NCBI RefSeq assembly: GCF_002310835.1
Contig: NZ_CP011041.1
Coordinates: 420,001-452,000 of the forward strand
Origin: Pseudoalteromonas tetraodonis
GTDB lineage: Bacteria > Pseudomonadota > Gammaproteobacteria > Enterobacterales > Alteromonadaceae
Direction: 5' to 3'
Length of the DNA stretch: 32,000 nt
Made by a program: the position numbers and the translations under genes. Below the pieces are notes generated by a model, which had not been told where the DNA came from, made no database searches, and saw only the letters and a program-made list of their open reading frames with translations. Shown piece by piece: positions 1-11,479 of the stretch. Numbering within the stretch: position 1 is the stretch's first letter; every line of letters starts with the position of its first letter.

Positions 1-653
1 TGTAAACTACGCGCGGCTATTCCCACTGGATCAAATAGTTGAATACGCTTTAGTACCGCTTCTATTTCGTCAAGTTCAACTTCATCTTCGCCGTCGTTTT
101 CTTGGTTAAAGCTTTCTAATATTTCTTCACAGCTAAGGGTTAGAATCCCTGAATCGTCCACAGCTTCTACAATTGCAATAGCTATCGCTTCATCGGTAGG
201 ACTAAACGGCGTCAGTTGAAGTTGCCACATTAAATACTCATGCAGCGTTTCAGTCGAAGAGCCTTGATAAATAGATTCATCTTCTGGCATTGGGCCCGAT
301 GAAGAGGCAGGCGCAGCGCTCATATATTCATCCCAAGTAACATCCATAGCCATATCATCGCTAATGGTGTCTTTGGTCATTGCTTCGCCGCTATCTTGCT
401 CATACTCGCTAGGTTTATCGTCAGCTGAGGCACTTAGCGTTAAGTCATCGTTATCGGCTTTTTGTTCGTTTTTACCTGCAGTGTCTTCGCTGTAATCGTG
501 TTCTTCAACTTCAAGCAAGGGGTTGCTATCGAGCGCTTCTTGAATTTCTTGCTGGAGATCCAATGTACTGAGTTGCAATAAGCGAATTGCTTGTTGCAAC
601 TGTGGAGTCATTGTAAGTTGCTGGCCCATGCGCAGCTGTAATGATTGCCTCAT
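1..653 (-). CDS. rpoN: RNA polymerase sigma-54 factor RpoN, N-terminal part (3' end runs off the window)
   Basis: The reverse complement from 653 translates MRQSLQLRMGQQLTMTPQLQQAIRLLQLSTLDLQQEIQEALDSNP, which is the conserved sigma-54 region I. An acidic region II follows. The frame stays open to position 1. The gene lies downstream of lptB, as in E. coli. Confidence 0.9.
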   Translation of the reverse strand, partial: MRQSLQLRMGQQLTMTPQLQQAIRLLQLSTLDLQQEIQEALDSNPLLEVEEHDYSEDTAGKNEQKADNDDLTLSASADDKPSEYEQDSGEAMTKDTISDDMAMDVTWDEYMSAAPASSSGPMPEDESIYQGSSTETLHEYLMWQLQLTPFSPTDEAIAIAIVEAVDDSGILTLSCEEILESFNQENDGEDEVELDEIEAVLKRIQLFDPVGIAARSL

Positions 654-680
654 GTATCTCTAACAATCCTTTTAAATTAC

Positions 681-941
681 GGTCTGTTGACCTTTACGGA
701 TTAAAATTTGTTCAAACTAGGGGCGGTTTAATTGCGGCGCGAGGTTTGTAACCTAGTGGGCTAAGTCAAAACCGAGCAACAAAGAGTAAATCGTCCCTAG
801 GCAGAACCCGAAGGGCAGCGCCTGTTTGGCATTGATGCTGCGTTATCGCCTATTTATGGGGAATACCACACCACATAGGCTCTGCCTTGCCTAAATACCA
901 AACAGACTGCTGCAAATTCAACCTTGAAAGGTCAACAGACC
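681..941. repeat. 261-bp MITE-like intergenic element with 15-bp perfect terminal inverted repeats
   Basis: GGTCTGTTGACCTTT at 681-695 is the exact reverse complement of AAAGGTCAACAGACC at 927-941. There is no ORF inside. The element enlarges the lptB-rpoN spacer to 334 bp. Its left end recurs at 18423-18449. Confidence 0.6.
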
Positions 942-987
942 TAAGTATAATTAATCTTAGCAGATGCTTAGTGTAATAACACACATA

Positions 988-1713
988 TTAGAGCTTGAAC
1001 TGCTCGCCTAAATAAACATCGCGTACTGTTTTATCGTTTAATACATATTCTGGAGTGCCTGATGCAATTAACTCCCCATGAGAAACTATGTAGGCTTTTT
1101 CACAAACATCAAGAGTTTCGCGTACGTTGTGATCTGTGATAAGTACGCCAATTCCTCGGTTTTTAAGATGCTCTATAATCTTTTTAATATCTAATACTGA
1201 GATAGGATCAACCCCCGCAAAGGGTTCGTCTAAAAGGATAAATTTAGGGTTTGCTGCTAACGCGCGAGCAATTTCAACGCGGCGACGTTCACCACCTGAT
1301 AAAGCCATACCTTGACTATCGCGGATATGCTGAATGCTAAATTCATCAAGTAAATTATTTAAGGTATCTTCGCGTTGTTGTTTATTTAATTCTTTACGTG
1401 TTTCTAAGATAGCCATTAAGTTTTGATAAACAGTCAGCTTTCTAAAAATAGACGACTCTTGCGGTAAATAACCAATCCCTAAACGCGCTCGGCTGTGCAT
1501 CGGTAATAAAGTAATATCTTTATCATCAATTGATATTTTGCCTTTATCGCTAGGGACAAGGCCTACAATCATATAAAAAGTGGTGGTTTTACCTGCACCA
1601 TTAGGGCCAAGTAACCCCACAATACTGCCAGCTTCAACCTCTAGGCCAACGTTTTTTACAACTTCACGACCTTTGTAGCTTTTAGCTAATAGCTCTGCTT
1701 TTAATGTGCTCAT
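988..1713 (-). CDS. lptB: LPS export ABC transporter ATP-binding protein LptB
   Basis: The 241-aa product has Walker [10 protein letters not shown], signature LSGGERRR and Walker B ILLDEP. It follows lptC and lptA in the conserved order. Confidence 0.95.
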   Translation of the reverse strand: MSTLKAELLAKSYKGREVVKNVGLEVEAGSIVGLLGPNGAGKTTTFYMIVGLVPSDKGKISIDDKDITLLPMHSRARLGIGYLPQESSIFRKLTVYQNLMAILETRKELNKQQREDTLNNLLDEFSIQHIRDSQGMALSGGERRRVEIARALAANPKFILLDEPFAGVDPISVLDIKKIIEHLKNRGIGVLITDHNVRETLDVCEKAYIVSHGELIASGTPEYVLNDKTVRDVYLGEQFKL

Positions 1714-2249
1714 GGTTGGCCTTTATCATCTTCTTTTTTATTTTCAACAGGGACTAAAATAGTGTGTACACGGTCTGTTGAGTTTTCGTCTTTTTCTGCG
1801 CTAATTAACTGCTGCTCGATATCGTAAGTGATACTTTTAGCTGTTATTTTTTGACCTGCTTGAGCAATGCTTGCATCGCCGATTAAGGTTAAAAAACGCA
1901 GCGACACATCGTAACGCACTTCATTAGCACTGGCGCTCATTATGGTGCCATCAGCTTGTGTTTCTTCAAAATATGCAGGGCTGCCTGTGGCAATTAATAA
2001 CTGTTTGTTATCGCCTAGGTCATCGCGTTTATGCACTTCTAAACGGTCAGCTGTGATACGGCGATTACCATGAATAATTTCAACATTTTTCTCAAAAATG
2101 CCTACGTTTTCTTTTAATTGACCTTCTTGCTTATCTGCACTAATTGAAATTTGATTTGCAGCGGGGGCTTCAGCAGGTTCAGCGCCATTACTGTTAAAAG
2201 CAATTAATAGTGAGGGAACAATTAAAATTTTAAATAGGTTATTGGTCAT
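1710..2249 (-). CDS. lptA: LPS transport periplasmic protein LptA
   Basis: The 179-aa product has a signal peptide and an OstA-like fold pattern. It overlaps lptB by 4 bp and sits between lptC and lptB. Confidence 0.9.
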   Translation of the reverse strand: MTNNLFKILIVPSLLIAFNSNGAEPAEAPAANQISISADKQEGQLKENVGIFEKNVEIIHGNRRITADRLEVHKRDDLGDNKQLLIATGSPAYFEETQADGTIMSASANEVRYDVSLRFLTLIGDASIAQAGQKITAKSITYDIEQQLISAEKDENSTDRVHTILVPVENKKEDDKGQP

Positions 2250-2793
2250 AATATAGGGTTCGCGTATGGTTAATAAGTTTAATCACCTCGGTTTTTAAAT
2301 CGGCCTCAAGGCCTTTACCTGTGATTTTTAAATTAGGTCCTGTAATAACGACAGGCTGCTGTGATTGCATGGTTAATAGTTTTATATCAACATTGATGGT
2401 CTGGGCGGTGATCGTATCGATCATGGCGTTATCTACTAAATTTTGAGCGGTTACATTACCCTCTAACACCAGTTGACGGTCGTCGTAGAGTGTGGCTTCA
2501 TCGGCGTTAATACGCCATGTTTGCTGCTCGTTGTATAAAGTGAATATAGGCTTTTCAAAAAAGGTAAAACCGAGTTGTTGATACAACTCCATTTTTACCG
2601 CAGTTACCTTATGGCTCACTTTACCTTGTTCATTATAAGCCGTTTGTTTTAGCTCAATAGCGGTATAATCAGGCTTAGCAATAACTTGTGTTTCTTCGCT
2701 TGCAGTTATATCAACCTTAGTAAAATAAGGATACCAGAGCCAAACCATACAGCTTATGAATAAAACGCTCAGTATAATGCGCGCTACATTCAT
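2239..2793 (-). CDS. lptC: LPS export system protein LptC
   Basis: The 184-aa product has a single N-terminal TM anchor. It sits between kdsC and lptA. Confidence 0.85.
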   Translation of the reverse strand: MNVARIILSVLFISCMVWLWYPYFTKVDITASEETQVIAKPDYTAIELKQTAYNEQGKVSHKVTAVKMELYQQLGFTFFEKPIFTLYNEQQTWRINADEATLYDDRQLVLEGNVTAQNLVDNAMIDTITAQTINVDIKLLTMQSQQPVVITGPNLKITGKGLEADLKTEVIKLINHTRTLYYDQ

Positions 2794-3341
2794 GAACTCG
2801 TTCCTTGGCTAGTTAGTGGCTTGTTATTTTCGAGCATAAGTAAGTCTGTCAGCTCTCTTACCGCACCAAAACCGCCGGGCAGTTGGGTTACATAATGTGA
2901 TAAACGTTTAATAAGTGGATGAGCATCGTTTACGGCTACCGCAAAACCGACTTGCTCCATTACTGGCATGTCTGGGCCATCATCACCTATATAAGCAATT
3001 TGCTCATCGCTAAGCGCTAATTTTTGTTTTAATTCTTGATAGGCTATGAGTTTGTCTTCTTGGCCTTGATATATATGTTGTACGGTTAAACTGCTCATAC
3101 GTTGCTGCACTATATGAGAATGGCGCCCGGTGATCACGGCGACTTCAAAACCGCTGTTAATCAGGGCTTTGATACCAAATCCGTCTTTGGTGTTAAATGC
3201 TTTGAGTTCTTCACCTTGGTTTCCAAGGTAAATACGGCCATCAGAAAATACACCATCAATATCACAAATTAATAGCTTTACTTTTTTTGCGCGCGCCTTT
3301 GCATCATCACTTAGCGGTTGATAGAGATCTTCAAATTGCAT
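2790..3341 (-). CDS. kdsC: 3-deoxy-D-manno-octulosonate 8-phosphate phosphatase KdsC
   Basis: The 183-aa HAD-family product carries the DIDGVFSDG motif. It lies directly downstream of kdsD. Confidence 0.92.
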   Translation of the reverse strand: MQFEDLYQPLSDDAKARAKKVKLLICDIDGVFSDGRIYLGNQGEELKAFNTKDGFGIKALINSGFEVAVITGRHSHIVQQRMSSLTVQHIYQGQEDKLIAYQELKQKLALSDEQIAYIGDDGPDMPVMEQVGFAVAVNDAHPLIKRLSHYVTQLPGGFGAVRELTDLLMLENNKPLTSQGTSS

Positions 3342-4313
3342 TTATAGCACTCCCGCTTTAAGTAAGTCTTGCATATTTAGTGCGCCAATCGGTTGATTAT
3401 GCTCATTAATTACAATTAAGCCATTAATACGTTTTTGTTCCATAATATTTAACGCTTCAGCCGCGAGCATCTCTTGGGTGGCTGTAGTACACGACTTGGT
3501 CATCACAACATTAATTTCAGTGCTATGAATGTCAATACGTTGCTCTAAAATACGGCGTAAATCGCCATCGGTAAACAGGCCTGATAATTGCTGGTCACTA
3601 TCAACAATAGCGGTCATGCCGAGTCCTTTGGCCGACATTTCAATCAAGGCATCTTTAATCGTTTGCGTCTCGTTTATGATAGGCGTATCAGCACCACTGT
3701 GCATAACATCTTTAAGAGTTAAGAGTAATCGCTTGCCTAAGCTACCACCAGGGTGCGATAGTGCAAAATCATCAGCAGTAAAGCCGCGTGCTTCTAATAA
3801 TGCCACCGCCATGGCATCACCCATAGCGAGTGTGGCAGTGGTACTTGCAGTAGGTGCTAAGCCCAATGAGCAGGCTTCTTGTTCAACTTTAATACACACA
3901 TGCACATTTGCCAATGTTGCCATGGTTGAGCCTTGGTTGCCTGTCATGGCAATCATTTTGGCACCAATGCGCTTTAATACTGGAATAATATTAAGTACTT
4001 CGCTGGTTTCACCAGAGTTTGAAATGAGGATAACCACGTCATTTGCTGTGATCATTCCTAAATCACCATGGCTTGCTTCACCCGGGTGAACAAAAAATGC
4101 GGGGCTGCCGGTACTGGCAAGAGTGGCGGCTATTTTGTTACCAATATGGCCTGATTTACCCATGCCAATAACAATAATACGACCTGAGCAGTCATACATT
4201 AATTGACAGGCTTGGTTAAATCTTTCATTAACGTATTGTGTAATATCGCTGAGTGCTTGGCGTTCAATCTCTAGAACACGTAACCCTTGTTGAATAAAGT
4301 TTAGCGTTGCCAT
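3342..4313 (-). CDS. kdsD: Arabinose-5-phosphate isomerase KdsD (SIS domain plus tandem CBS)
   Basis: The 323-aa product has the SIS motif GMGKSGHIG and C-terminal CBS repeats. It shows yrbG-kdsD-kdsC synteny. Confidence 0.93.
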   Translation of the reverse strand: MATLNFIQQGLRVLEIERQALSDITQYVNERFNQACQLMYDCSGRIIVIGMGKSGHIGNKIAATLASTGSPAFFVHPGEASHGDLGMITANDVVILISNSGETSEVLNIIPVLKRIGAKMIAMTGNQGSTMATLANVHVCIKVEQEACSLGLAPTASTTATLAMGDAMAVALLEARGFTADDFALSHPGGSLGKRLLLTLKDVMHSGADTPIINETQTIKDALIEMSAKGLGMTAIVDSDQQLSGLFTDGDLRRILEQRIDIHSTEINVVMTKSCTTATQEMLAAEALNIMEQKRINGLIVINEHNQPIGALNMQDLLKAGVL

Positions 4314-4316
4314 GGG

Positions 4317-5285
4317 CTATCCTACTTGACTAAAAATATAACCTTGGTAAATCATAAATGCGACGATGAGCAAGCCACCTTCTATTCTATTGATACGTCT
4401 TTGACCTCTAAAGTTCAATGACATAGCAATTAGCGCCAAGGTTGCGCCAATCATAATAATAACATCACGGTTAGCAACCGAAGTATCGATAACCGATGGA
4501 TTAATTAATCCTGCCAGCGGTAATACCGCTAAAATATTAAAAATATTCGAACCAACTATGTTACCCAGCGCTAAGTCATCTTCATTTTTAAGTACACCTG
4601 CAATTGAAGCTGCAAGTTCAGGTAAGCTGGTGCCTATAGCAATAATGGTCAAACCAATCACTAAGTCACTTAAGCCAAAATATTTTGCGATATCAACGGC
4701 TGAGCCAACTAAAAAGTGTGAACTAACCGGCAGTAAAATCATACCCACTACCAGCCAAAAAACAGCTTTTTTGGTTGGTACGTTGTCAGGTACTTCGTCA
4801 CAGGCTTCGCTCACAAACGGATCGTCTTGGTTTTTAGCTCGCAGTGAGACAAAAATAAGTCCGCCAATAAAAACAACAAAGCCAGATAATAAGGCTGCAC
4901 CTTCAAAAAATGAAAAATAGTTATCTGAAAAAATATACCAAGTTGCAATGGAGACCAGCAGTACCAGTGGAATTTCACGTTTTAACGTACTTGAAGATAC
5001 TGATAAGGGTCTTAAAAGGGCGGTAATACCTAAAACTAATAAGATGTTAGTGATGTTTGAACCAACTGCATTACCCACGGCAGTATCGGTTTTATTTGCC
5101 AAAGCTGCTGAAGCCGATACCATCATTTCAGGCGCTGAAGAGCCCATAGCTACCACGGTTAAACCTACAATTAGCGTTGGCACGCCAAAGTTTTTAGCCA
5201 GTGCTGCTGCACCATAAACAAACCTGTCTGCACTCCATACGAGAGCCGCAAAACCAAGAATTAAAATGACAAACGAGGTAACCAT
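4317..5285 (-). CDS. yrbG: CaCA-family cation/Ca2+ exchanger-like inner membrane protein YrbG
   Basis: The 322-aa polytopic membrane protein has two alpha-repeat motifs (GSSAPE, GTSLPE). It sits upstream of kdsD, as in E. coli. Confidence 0.88.
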   Translation of the reverse strand: MVTSFVILILGFAALVWSADRFVYGAAALAKNFGVPTLIVGLTVVAMGSSAPEMMVSASAALANKTDTAVGNAVGSNITNILLVLGITALLRPLSVSSSTLKREIPLVLLVSIATWYIFSDNYFSFFEGAALLSGFVVFIGGLIFVSLRAKNQDDPFVSEACDEVPDNVPTKKAVFWLVVGMILLPVSSHFLVGSAVDIAKYFGLSDLVIGLTIIAIGTSLPELAASIAGVLKNEDDLALGNIVGSNIFNILAVLPLAGLINPSVIDTSVANRDVIIMIGATLALIAMSLNFRGQRRINRIEGGLLIVAFMIYQGYIFSQVG

Positions 5286-5551
5286 TGTGATAAGCCAATT
5301 AATGTAAATTCAGATAGCGCGAATAGTAACAAAAGCCACCATAAAAGTATAAATAAAAGAATAAGGTGTAATACATTAGGCGGTTATTTTAAGTATTCTT
5401 TGGCGCTTTTTATATGAAATTTTAAGCCAAAGTTAAGGCTGCTTGAATCAATCTTATAACTGTTTTTGCGACACTATTACAAAATCTTACGAATTGTTTT
5501 TTCCATATTGGTTAAAAAACCCTTAAAATAGAAATATGAGAGAGTATTGTT

Positions 5552-6367
5552 ATGGAGAGCGACTTGTCGCAATCAATAGTTGAAGTCAAGGATGTTACCT
5601 TTTCTAGAGGCGATAGGGTCATATATAAAAATATGAGCTTTGACGTACCTGAGGGTAAAATTACTGCCATTATGGGGCCAAGCGGAATTGGCAAAACCAC
5701 GATGCTACGCCTAATAGGTGGCCAGCTTAAACCAGACTCCGGTGATATTTTATTTAAAAACGACAGCATTGTCGCTATGTCGCGCAAAGAACTCTACGCG
5801 GCACGTAAACGCATGAGTATGTTATTTCAAAGCGGTGCCTTATTTACTGATATGTCGGTGTTCGATAACATTGCATTCCCCATTCGAGAGCACACGCAAC
5901 TCAGTGAAGATTTAATCCGTTTAGTGGTATTAATGAAACTACAAGCTGTTGGCTTACGTGGTGCTAAAGATTTAATGCCTTCAGAGTTATCTGGCGGTAT
6001 GGCACGTCGTGCAGCTTTGGCTCGCTCTATAGCGCTTGATCCTGAACTTATTATGTATGATGAGCCTTTTGCAGGACAAGACCCTATTTCAATGGGGGTT
6101 TTAGTTAAGCTGATCAAATCTTTAAACGAAGTACTTGGCTTATCTTCTTTAATTGTCACGCACGATGTGACAGAAGTAATGAGTATTGCCGACCACGTTA
6201 TTATTATTGCTGATCAAGGCGTTATTGGCAGTGGTACACCAGAGCAGATGCGAGAGCACGAATCACCACTTGTTCAACAGTTTTTAAAAGGGTTATCAGA
6301 TGGTCCAGTGCCATTTCATTATCCAGCACAAACCTATGCAGATGAACTGTTAGGAGAGCAGCAGTAA
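5552..6367 (+). CDS. mlaF: Phospholipid ABC transporter ATP-binding protein MlaF
   Basis: The 271-aa product has Walker [10 protein letters not shown], signature LSGGMARR and Walker B IMYDEP. It is the first gene of the mlaFEDCB cluster. Confidence 0.93.
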   Translation: MESDLSQSIVEVKDVTFSRGDRVIYKNMSFDVPEGKITAIMGPSGIGKTTMLRLIGGQLKPDSGDILFKNDSIVAMSRKELYAARKRMSMLFQSGALFTDMSVFDNIAFPIREHTQLSEDLIRLVVLMKLQAVGLRGAKDLMPSELSGGMARRAALARSIALDPELIMYDEPFAGQDPISMGVLVKLIKSLNEVLGLSSLIVTHDVTEVMSIADHVIIIADQGVIGSGTPEQMREHESPLVQQFLKGLSDGPVPFHYPAQTYADELLGEQQ

Positions 6368-7146
6368 TGTTGGATTTACTACAAAAAATAGGCCACAAAA
6401 CGCTGGGCCGATTTGCTGCACTGGGGCGTTCAACCCAAATGCTGGCAAGTGCGTTATGGCATGTACCCAATTTTAAAAAAGGCACACCTTTACTCGTGCG
6501 CCAATTATATATGGTTGGCTCACAGTCATTATTGATCATTGTTGTATCAGGATTGTTTATCGGCATGGTATTAGCCCTGCAAGGCTATACTGTTTTAGTT
6601 GATTATGGTGCTGAAGACAGCCTAGGCCCTTTAGTGGCACTCAGTTTATTACGTGAACTTGGGCCAGTAGTAACCGCATTATTATTTGCCGGTAGGGCAG
6701 GCAGTGCGTTAACCGCTGAAATTGGCTTAATGAAAGCCACCGAACAGTTATCATCGCTTGAGATGATGGCCATTGACCCGCTTAGACGAATTATAGCGCC
6801 GCGGTTTTGGGCTGGTTTGATTAGTATGCCAATGTTGGCACTTATTTTTTCTGCTGTAGCTATTATTGGTGCTCATTTAGTGGGGGTTGATTGGCTAGGC
6901 GTTGATACGGGAAGTTTCTGGTCAATTATGCAATCTCAGGTGTCGTTTGAAAAAGACATACTAAACGGTTTAATTAAAAGTATCGTATTTGCGATTGTTG
7001 TTACCTGGATTGCGCTTTACAAAGGGTATGACTGTGTTCCCACATCAGAGGGGATCAGCAAGGCAACAACAGAGACAGTGGTGCACTCATCACTAGCGGT
7101 ATTAGGTTTTGACTTTATTTTGACAGCGGTAATGTTTACCAGCTAA
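6367..7146 (+). CDS. mlaE: Phospholipid ABC transporter permease MlaE
   Basis: The 259-aa membrane protein starts in a 1-nt overlap with the mlaF stop codon. Confidence 0.92.
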   Translation: MLDLLQKIGHKTLGRFAALGRSTQMLASALWHVPNFKKGTPLLVRQLYMVGSQSLLIIVVSGLFIGMVLALQGYTVLVDYGAEDSLGPLVALSLLRELGPVVTALLFAGRAGSALTAEIGLMKATEQLSSLEMMAIDPLRRIIAPRFWAGLISMPMLALIFSAVAIIGAHLVGVDWLGVDTGSFWSIMQSQVSFEKDILNGLIKSIVFAIVVTWIALYKGYDCVPTSEGISKATTETVVHSSLAVLGFDFILTAVMFTS

Positions 7147-7160
7147 TAGGGTATTAAATA

Positions 7161-7709
7161 ATGAATTCACGGAAATTAGAAATTTTAGTTGGTTTTTTTG
7201 TAGCATTGGGCATTTTGGCATTTTCAATGCTGGCCCTCAAAGTGGCTAATTCGGGTATTAGCGGCTCAGGTGAAACCTACACATTGAACGCCAAGTTTGA
7301 AAATATAGGATCATTAAAAACACGTGCACCCATTAAGGTGGGCGGCGTTGTTATTGGTCGTGTAGAGTCAATTTATGTACACCCACAAGAGTTTTTACCA
7401 GTAGTAAATATGAGTATTGATGCGCAGTATTTATGTCGTTTTTCAGATACCAGTTCTATCTCAATTTTAACCTCGGGTATTTTAGGTGAGCAATACTTAG
7501 GTATTAACCCCGTTATCGCATCAGATTCAGCTAAACAGCGATGTTTAGGCGAAGATGTAGCGAACAGCGAACAAGATCAAGCCATTGACGATTTATTTGG
7601 TGTTCAAAGTAAAGCATTAGCCAACGGCGATTCTATTACAGATACCAAGTCAGCATTGGTACTAGAAGAATTAATAGGCCAGTTTTTATTCAACCAAGGT
7701 AGTGAGTAA
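7161..7709 (+). CDS. mlaD: MCE-domain outer membrane lipid asymmetry protein MlaD
   Basis: The 182-aa product has an N-terminal TM anchor and an MCE domain. Its position in the cluster fits mlaD. Confidence 0.9.
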   Translation: MNSRKLEILVGFFVALGILAFSMLALKVANSGISGSGETYTLNAKFENIGSLKTRAPIKVGGVVIGRVESIYVHPQEFLPVVNMSIDAQYLCRFSDTSSISILTSGILGEQYLGINPVIASDSAKQRCLGEDVANSEQDQAIDDLFGVQSKALANGDSITDTKSALVLEELIGQFLFNQGSE

Positions 7710-7714
7710 TTATT

Positions 7715-8395
7715 ATGTTGAAAACATTTTTAGCAAGTATCGCATTAGTAACTGTCACGCTAGTACAAAGTGTTCATGCCGGTGAAGTGAAATTGACTGA
7801 TCCTAATAAAATGGTACGTCAGGTTGCTGATAATACCTTTGAGCGTATTACCAAAGACCAGCCGTTAATAACCACTAACAAAGAGCATTTACGGGTCATC
7901 GTTGAAGAAGAACTGATGCCCTACATTGACTACAAATATGCTGCACTGAGAGTGTTAGGTAGCGAAGTGTCTAAGGTACGCGCCATTACCAACAAAGCAG
8001 AAAAAGCAAAAGCAATTGAAGATATTCAGCGTTTTATTGGCGCGTTTAGAGAGTACCTTGTTGCCACTTATGCTGGCGTTTTTACCCAGTATACTAATCA
8101 ACAAGTTGAATTTGCTGCCGAGCAGCCTTTTAAAGGCAAAGATGTGGTGGTGGTAAAAACCAAAATTGTAGAAGCCGGTAAGCCTGATATTAAAATTGAT
8201 TTTAAAGTACGTGAAGATAGAAGTGGCGAATGGCGCGCTTACGATATGATTGCTGAAGGCATTAGCTTACTTGATGCAAAACAAAGTGAGCTTCAGGGCA
8301 TTTTACGCCAACAAGGTATTGACCACGTTAGCGACCTGTTAGAGCAAAAAAGTAAGTTACCGGTTCAGTTTAGAGGCAGTGACACAAATGACTAA
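7715..8395 (+). CDS. mlaC: Periplasmic phospholipid-binding protein MlaC
   Basis: The 226-aa product has a signal peptide and Tgt2/MlaC family character. Its position in the cluster fits mlaC. Confidence 0.88.
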   Translation: MLKTFLASIALVTVTLVQSVHAGEVKLTDPNKMVRQVADNTFERITKDQPLITTNKEHLRVIVEEELMPYIDYKYAALRVLGSEVSKVRAITNKAEKAKAIEDIQRFIGAFREYLVATYAGVFTQYTNQQVEFAAEQPFKGKDVVVVKTKIVEAGKPDIKIDFKVREDRSGEWRAYDMIAEGISLLDAKQSELQGILRQQGIDHVSDLLEQKSKLPVQFRGSDTND

Positions 8396-8681
8396 ATTGG
8401 CAATCAGCCAAGTCGATGAACAGCATCTACGAGTCAGTGGTGAATTGACTCATAATTCAATTGGCAATGAACGGCTTCTGAATACCAAGCGACAAACTGA
8501 GCATAAAACCCTTTATTTTGACCTAAGTGAGGTGACAAGGGTTGACACAGCCGGCTTAGCTTGGTTAATTCACTCTTTTACAGAATTTAAGCAACAAGGC
8601 ATTCGCCTTGAATTGCAAAACCCACCTGAACAACTGCAAAACCTTATGCAGTTAGGCCAGGTTACAACCCTATTTGAGTGA
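8388..8681 (+). CDS. mlaB: STAS-domain protein MlaB
   Basis: This is a small STAS protein after mlaC. I prefer the ATG at 8388, which lies 11 nt after AGAGG, over the GTG at 8379 given in the ORF track. Confidence 0.8.
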   Translation: MTKLAISQVDEQHLRVSGELTHNSIGNERLLNTKRQTEHKTLYFDLSEVTRVDTAGLAWLIHSFTEFKQQGIRLELQNPPEQLQNLMQLGQVTTLFE

Positions 8682-8686
8682 GAGTT

Positions 8687-8944
8687 ATGGAAACGAGTCA
8701 AGTCGAAACATTATTACGCGACGAACTTCAGTTAGCTGAAGTACATGTAAAAGCCAATGGCAGTCATTATGAAGTAATCGCTGTCGGTGAATGCTTTGAC
8801 GGATTAAGTCGTGTTAAAAAGCAACAGCTAGTATATGGGCCATTAATGAACACTATTTCAGACGGTACCATTCATGCTGTTTCTATCCGCGCTTTTACTC
8901 CGACAGAGTGGAAACGTGAGCAAAAATTCATTTTACCGCAATAA
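8687..8944 (+). CDS. ibaG: BolA-family protein IbaG
   Basis: The roughly 85-aa BolA-like product lies between mlaB and murA, as in E. coli. I prefer the ATG at 8687 over the GTG at 8678. Confidence 0.85.
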   Translation: METSQVETLLRDELQLAEVHVKANGSHYEVIAVGECFDGLSRVKKQQLVYGPLMNTISDGTIHAVSIRAFTPTEWKREQKFILPQ

Positions 8945-8958
8945 ATAAGGCCCCTTAG

Positions 8959-10218
<1,260 letters not shown>

Positions 10219-10247
10219 TTATACTAATACAATTATTATTCTAATCC

Positions 10248-10280
10248 ATAAAAAACGCGATGATCTATCGCGTTTTTTTA
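10248..10280. terminator. Bidirectional intrinsic terminator between convergent murA and degS
   Basis: The stem pairs AACGCGAT (10254-10261) with ATCGCGTT (10267-10274). An A-run precedes it and a T-run follows it. Confidence 0.75.
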
Positions 10281-10309
10281 TGTCTAATGCCAAAGTATAA
10301 ATAAGCGCT

Positions 10310-11416
10310 TTATAGCTTGGTTTCGAGCTCTGCTACTTTCACCATTATTTTTTGTATTTCACCGTTACGGTAAAGCTCAAATTCAATTTCTTTCCCCGGT
10401 TCGGTACTGCCTATTTTTTTCAATACATTTTGTGGATTAGCCACTGAAAGCCCAGCAATTTTAATCACAATATCTTGCTCTTCTATACCCGCCTGCCATG
10501 CAGGACCTAAAGGGTCTAGGTTGGTAATACGCATGCCTGCAACAGGCGTTAAGCTATCATTGACCTCTTTGCCTGTACTGTCTACCGCTGTGCCTTCAAA
10601 GCCCAAATAGCCGCGTACAACACGACCATGGCGTATAAGCTTACCCATTACCTCTTTTGCCAAGGTGTAAGGCACCGCAAAAAAGATCCCTTGTATATTT
10701 AAGTTTTCACGGGTTTTAAACTGGGCAGAGGTGATCCCTACTAAATCGCCATTAGAATTTACCAGTGCACCACCAGAGTTACCTACGTTAATAGCAGCGT
10801 CCATTTGCAGTAAGTTATTGTAAGGACTGTCGGTAATTTTTTGCTTACCGGTGGCGCTAATGATCCCCTGAGTAATGGTTTGCCCTAAGTTAAGTGGGTT
10901 TCCGATGGCTAATACTAAATCGCCTACACTCGAACTGTAGTTATCGTTAACGGGTATAACAGGCAGGTGATTGGCATTTATTTTTAACAATGCTAAGTCG
11001 GTAATAGTATCAAAGCCAATGAGTTGCACATCAAAAAAACGTCTGCCGTCAGTAAGAATAACTAGTATTTGATCGGCATTATTGATCACATGGTAATTAG
11101 TCAAAATATAACCGTCAGGTGACATGATCACTCCAGAACCAAGCTCTTGCACCGTATTTTGGCGTTTATAGCGTGGCTCTTTAGAAATGCTTTCTGAAAA
11201 AATGGTGACAACCGATGGCGCTGCGCGCTTAACTGCGTCAGAAAAGCTCAAATGACTTGCAGTCATTGCACTGGGTAGCGGCACGTTAGGTAGCAATGCA
11301 GTGCGCATGTTAGGGCTAAAAAAAACCACTAAAAAAGCAATGCCTAAACCGGCAAATAGAGGAGGAAGTACAAATTTTAGAAGTTTTAGCACGGTATTCT
11401 TATTGTTAGTGAGCAA
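10310..11416 (-). CDS. degS: Periplasmic serine endoprotease DegS (trypsin-like domain plus one PDZ)
   Basis: The product has an N-terminal TM anchor, the catalytic motif GNSGGAL and a single PDZ. It follows degQ. The start is uncertain: TTG at 11416 or GTG at 11392. The latter gives MLKLLKFV, similar to the E. coli DegS N-terminus. Confidence 0.88.
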   Translation of the reverse strand: MLTNNKNTVLKLLKFVLPPLFAGLGIAFLVVFFSPNMRTALLPNVPLPSAMTASHLSFSDAVKRAAPSVVTIFSESISKEPRYKRQNTVQELGSGVIMSPDGYILTNYHVINNADQILVILTDGRRFFDVQLIGFDTITDLALLKINANHLPVIPVNDNYSSSVGDLVLAIGNPLNLGQTITQGIISATGKQKITDSPYNNLLQMDAAINVGNSGGALVNSNGDLVGITSAQFKTRENLNIQGIFFAVPYTLAKEVMGKLIRHGRVVRGYLGFEGTAVDSTGKEVNDSLTPVAGMRITNLDPLGPAWQAGIEEQDIVIKIAGLSVANPQNVLKKIGSTEPGKEIEFELYRNGEIQKIMVKVAELETKL

Positions 11417-11432
11417 TCCCTTTATGATGGCA

Positions 11433-11466
11433 CAAAAAAAATAACAGCGGCAAGTGCCGCTGTTAC
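11433..11466 (-). terminator. Intrinsic terminator after degQ
   Basis: The stem pairs AACAGCGGCA with TGCCGCTGTT (11443-11464). On the minus strand it is followed by a T-run of eight. Confidence 0.7.
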
Positions 11467-11479
11467 TTTTATTGTATTA

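Noticed and set aside
3529-5217. Plus-strand ORFs 3529-4089, 4558-4920 and 4948-5217 listed in the six-frame track
   Set aside because: They lie entirely antisense inside kdsD and yrbG. Their low-complexity Ser/Ala/Pro-rich translations are typical of shadow frames, and they have no RBS or family resemblance.
5512-6566. Minus-strand ORFs 5512-5787, 5827-6159 and 6222-6566
   Set aside because: They are antisense shadows of mlaF and mlaE, both of which carry unambiguous ABC motifs.
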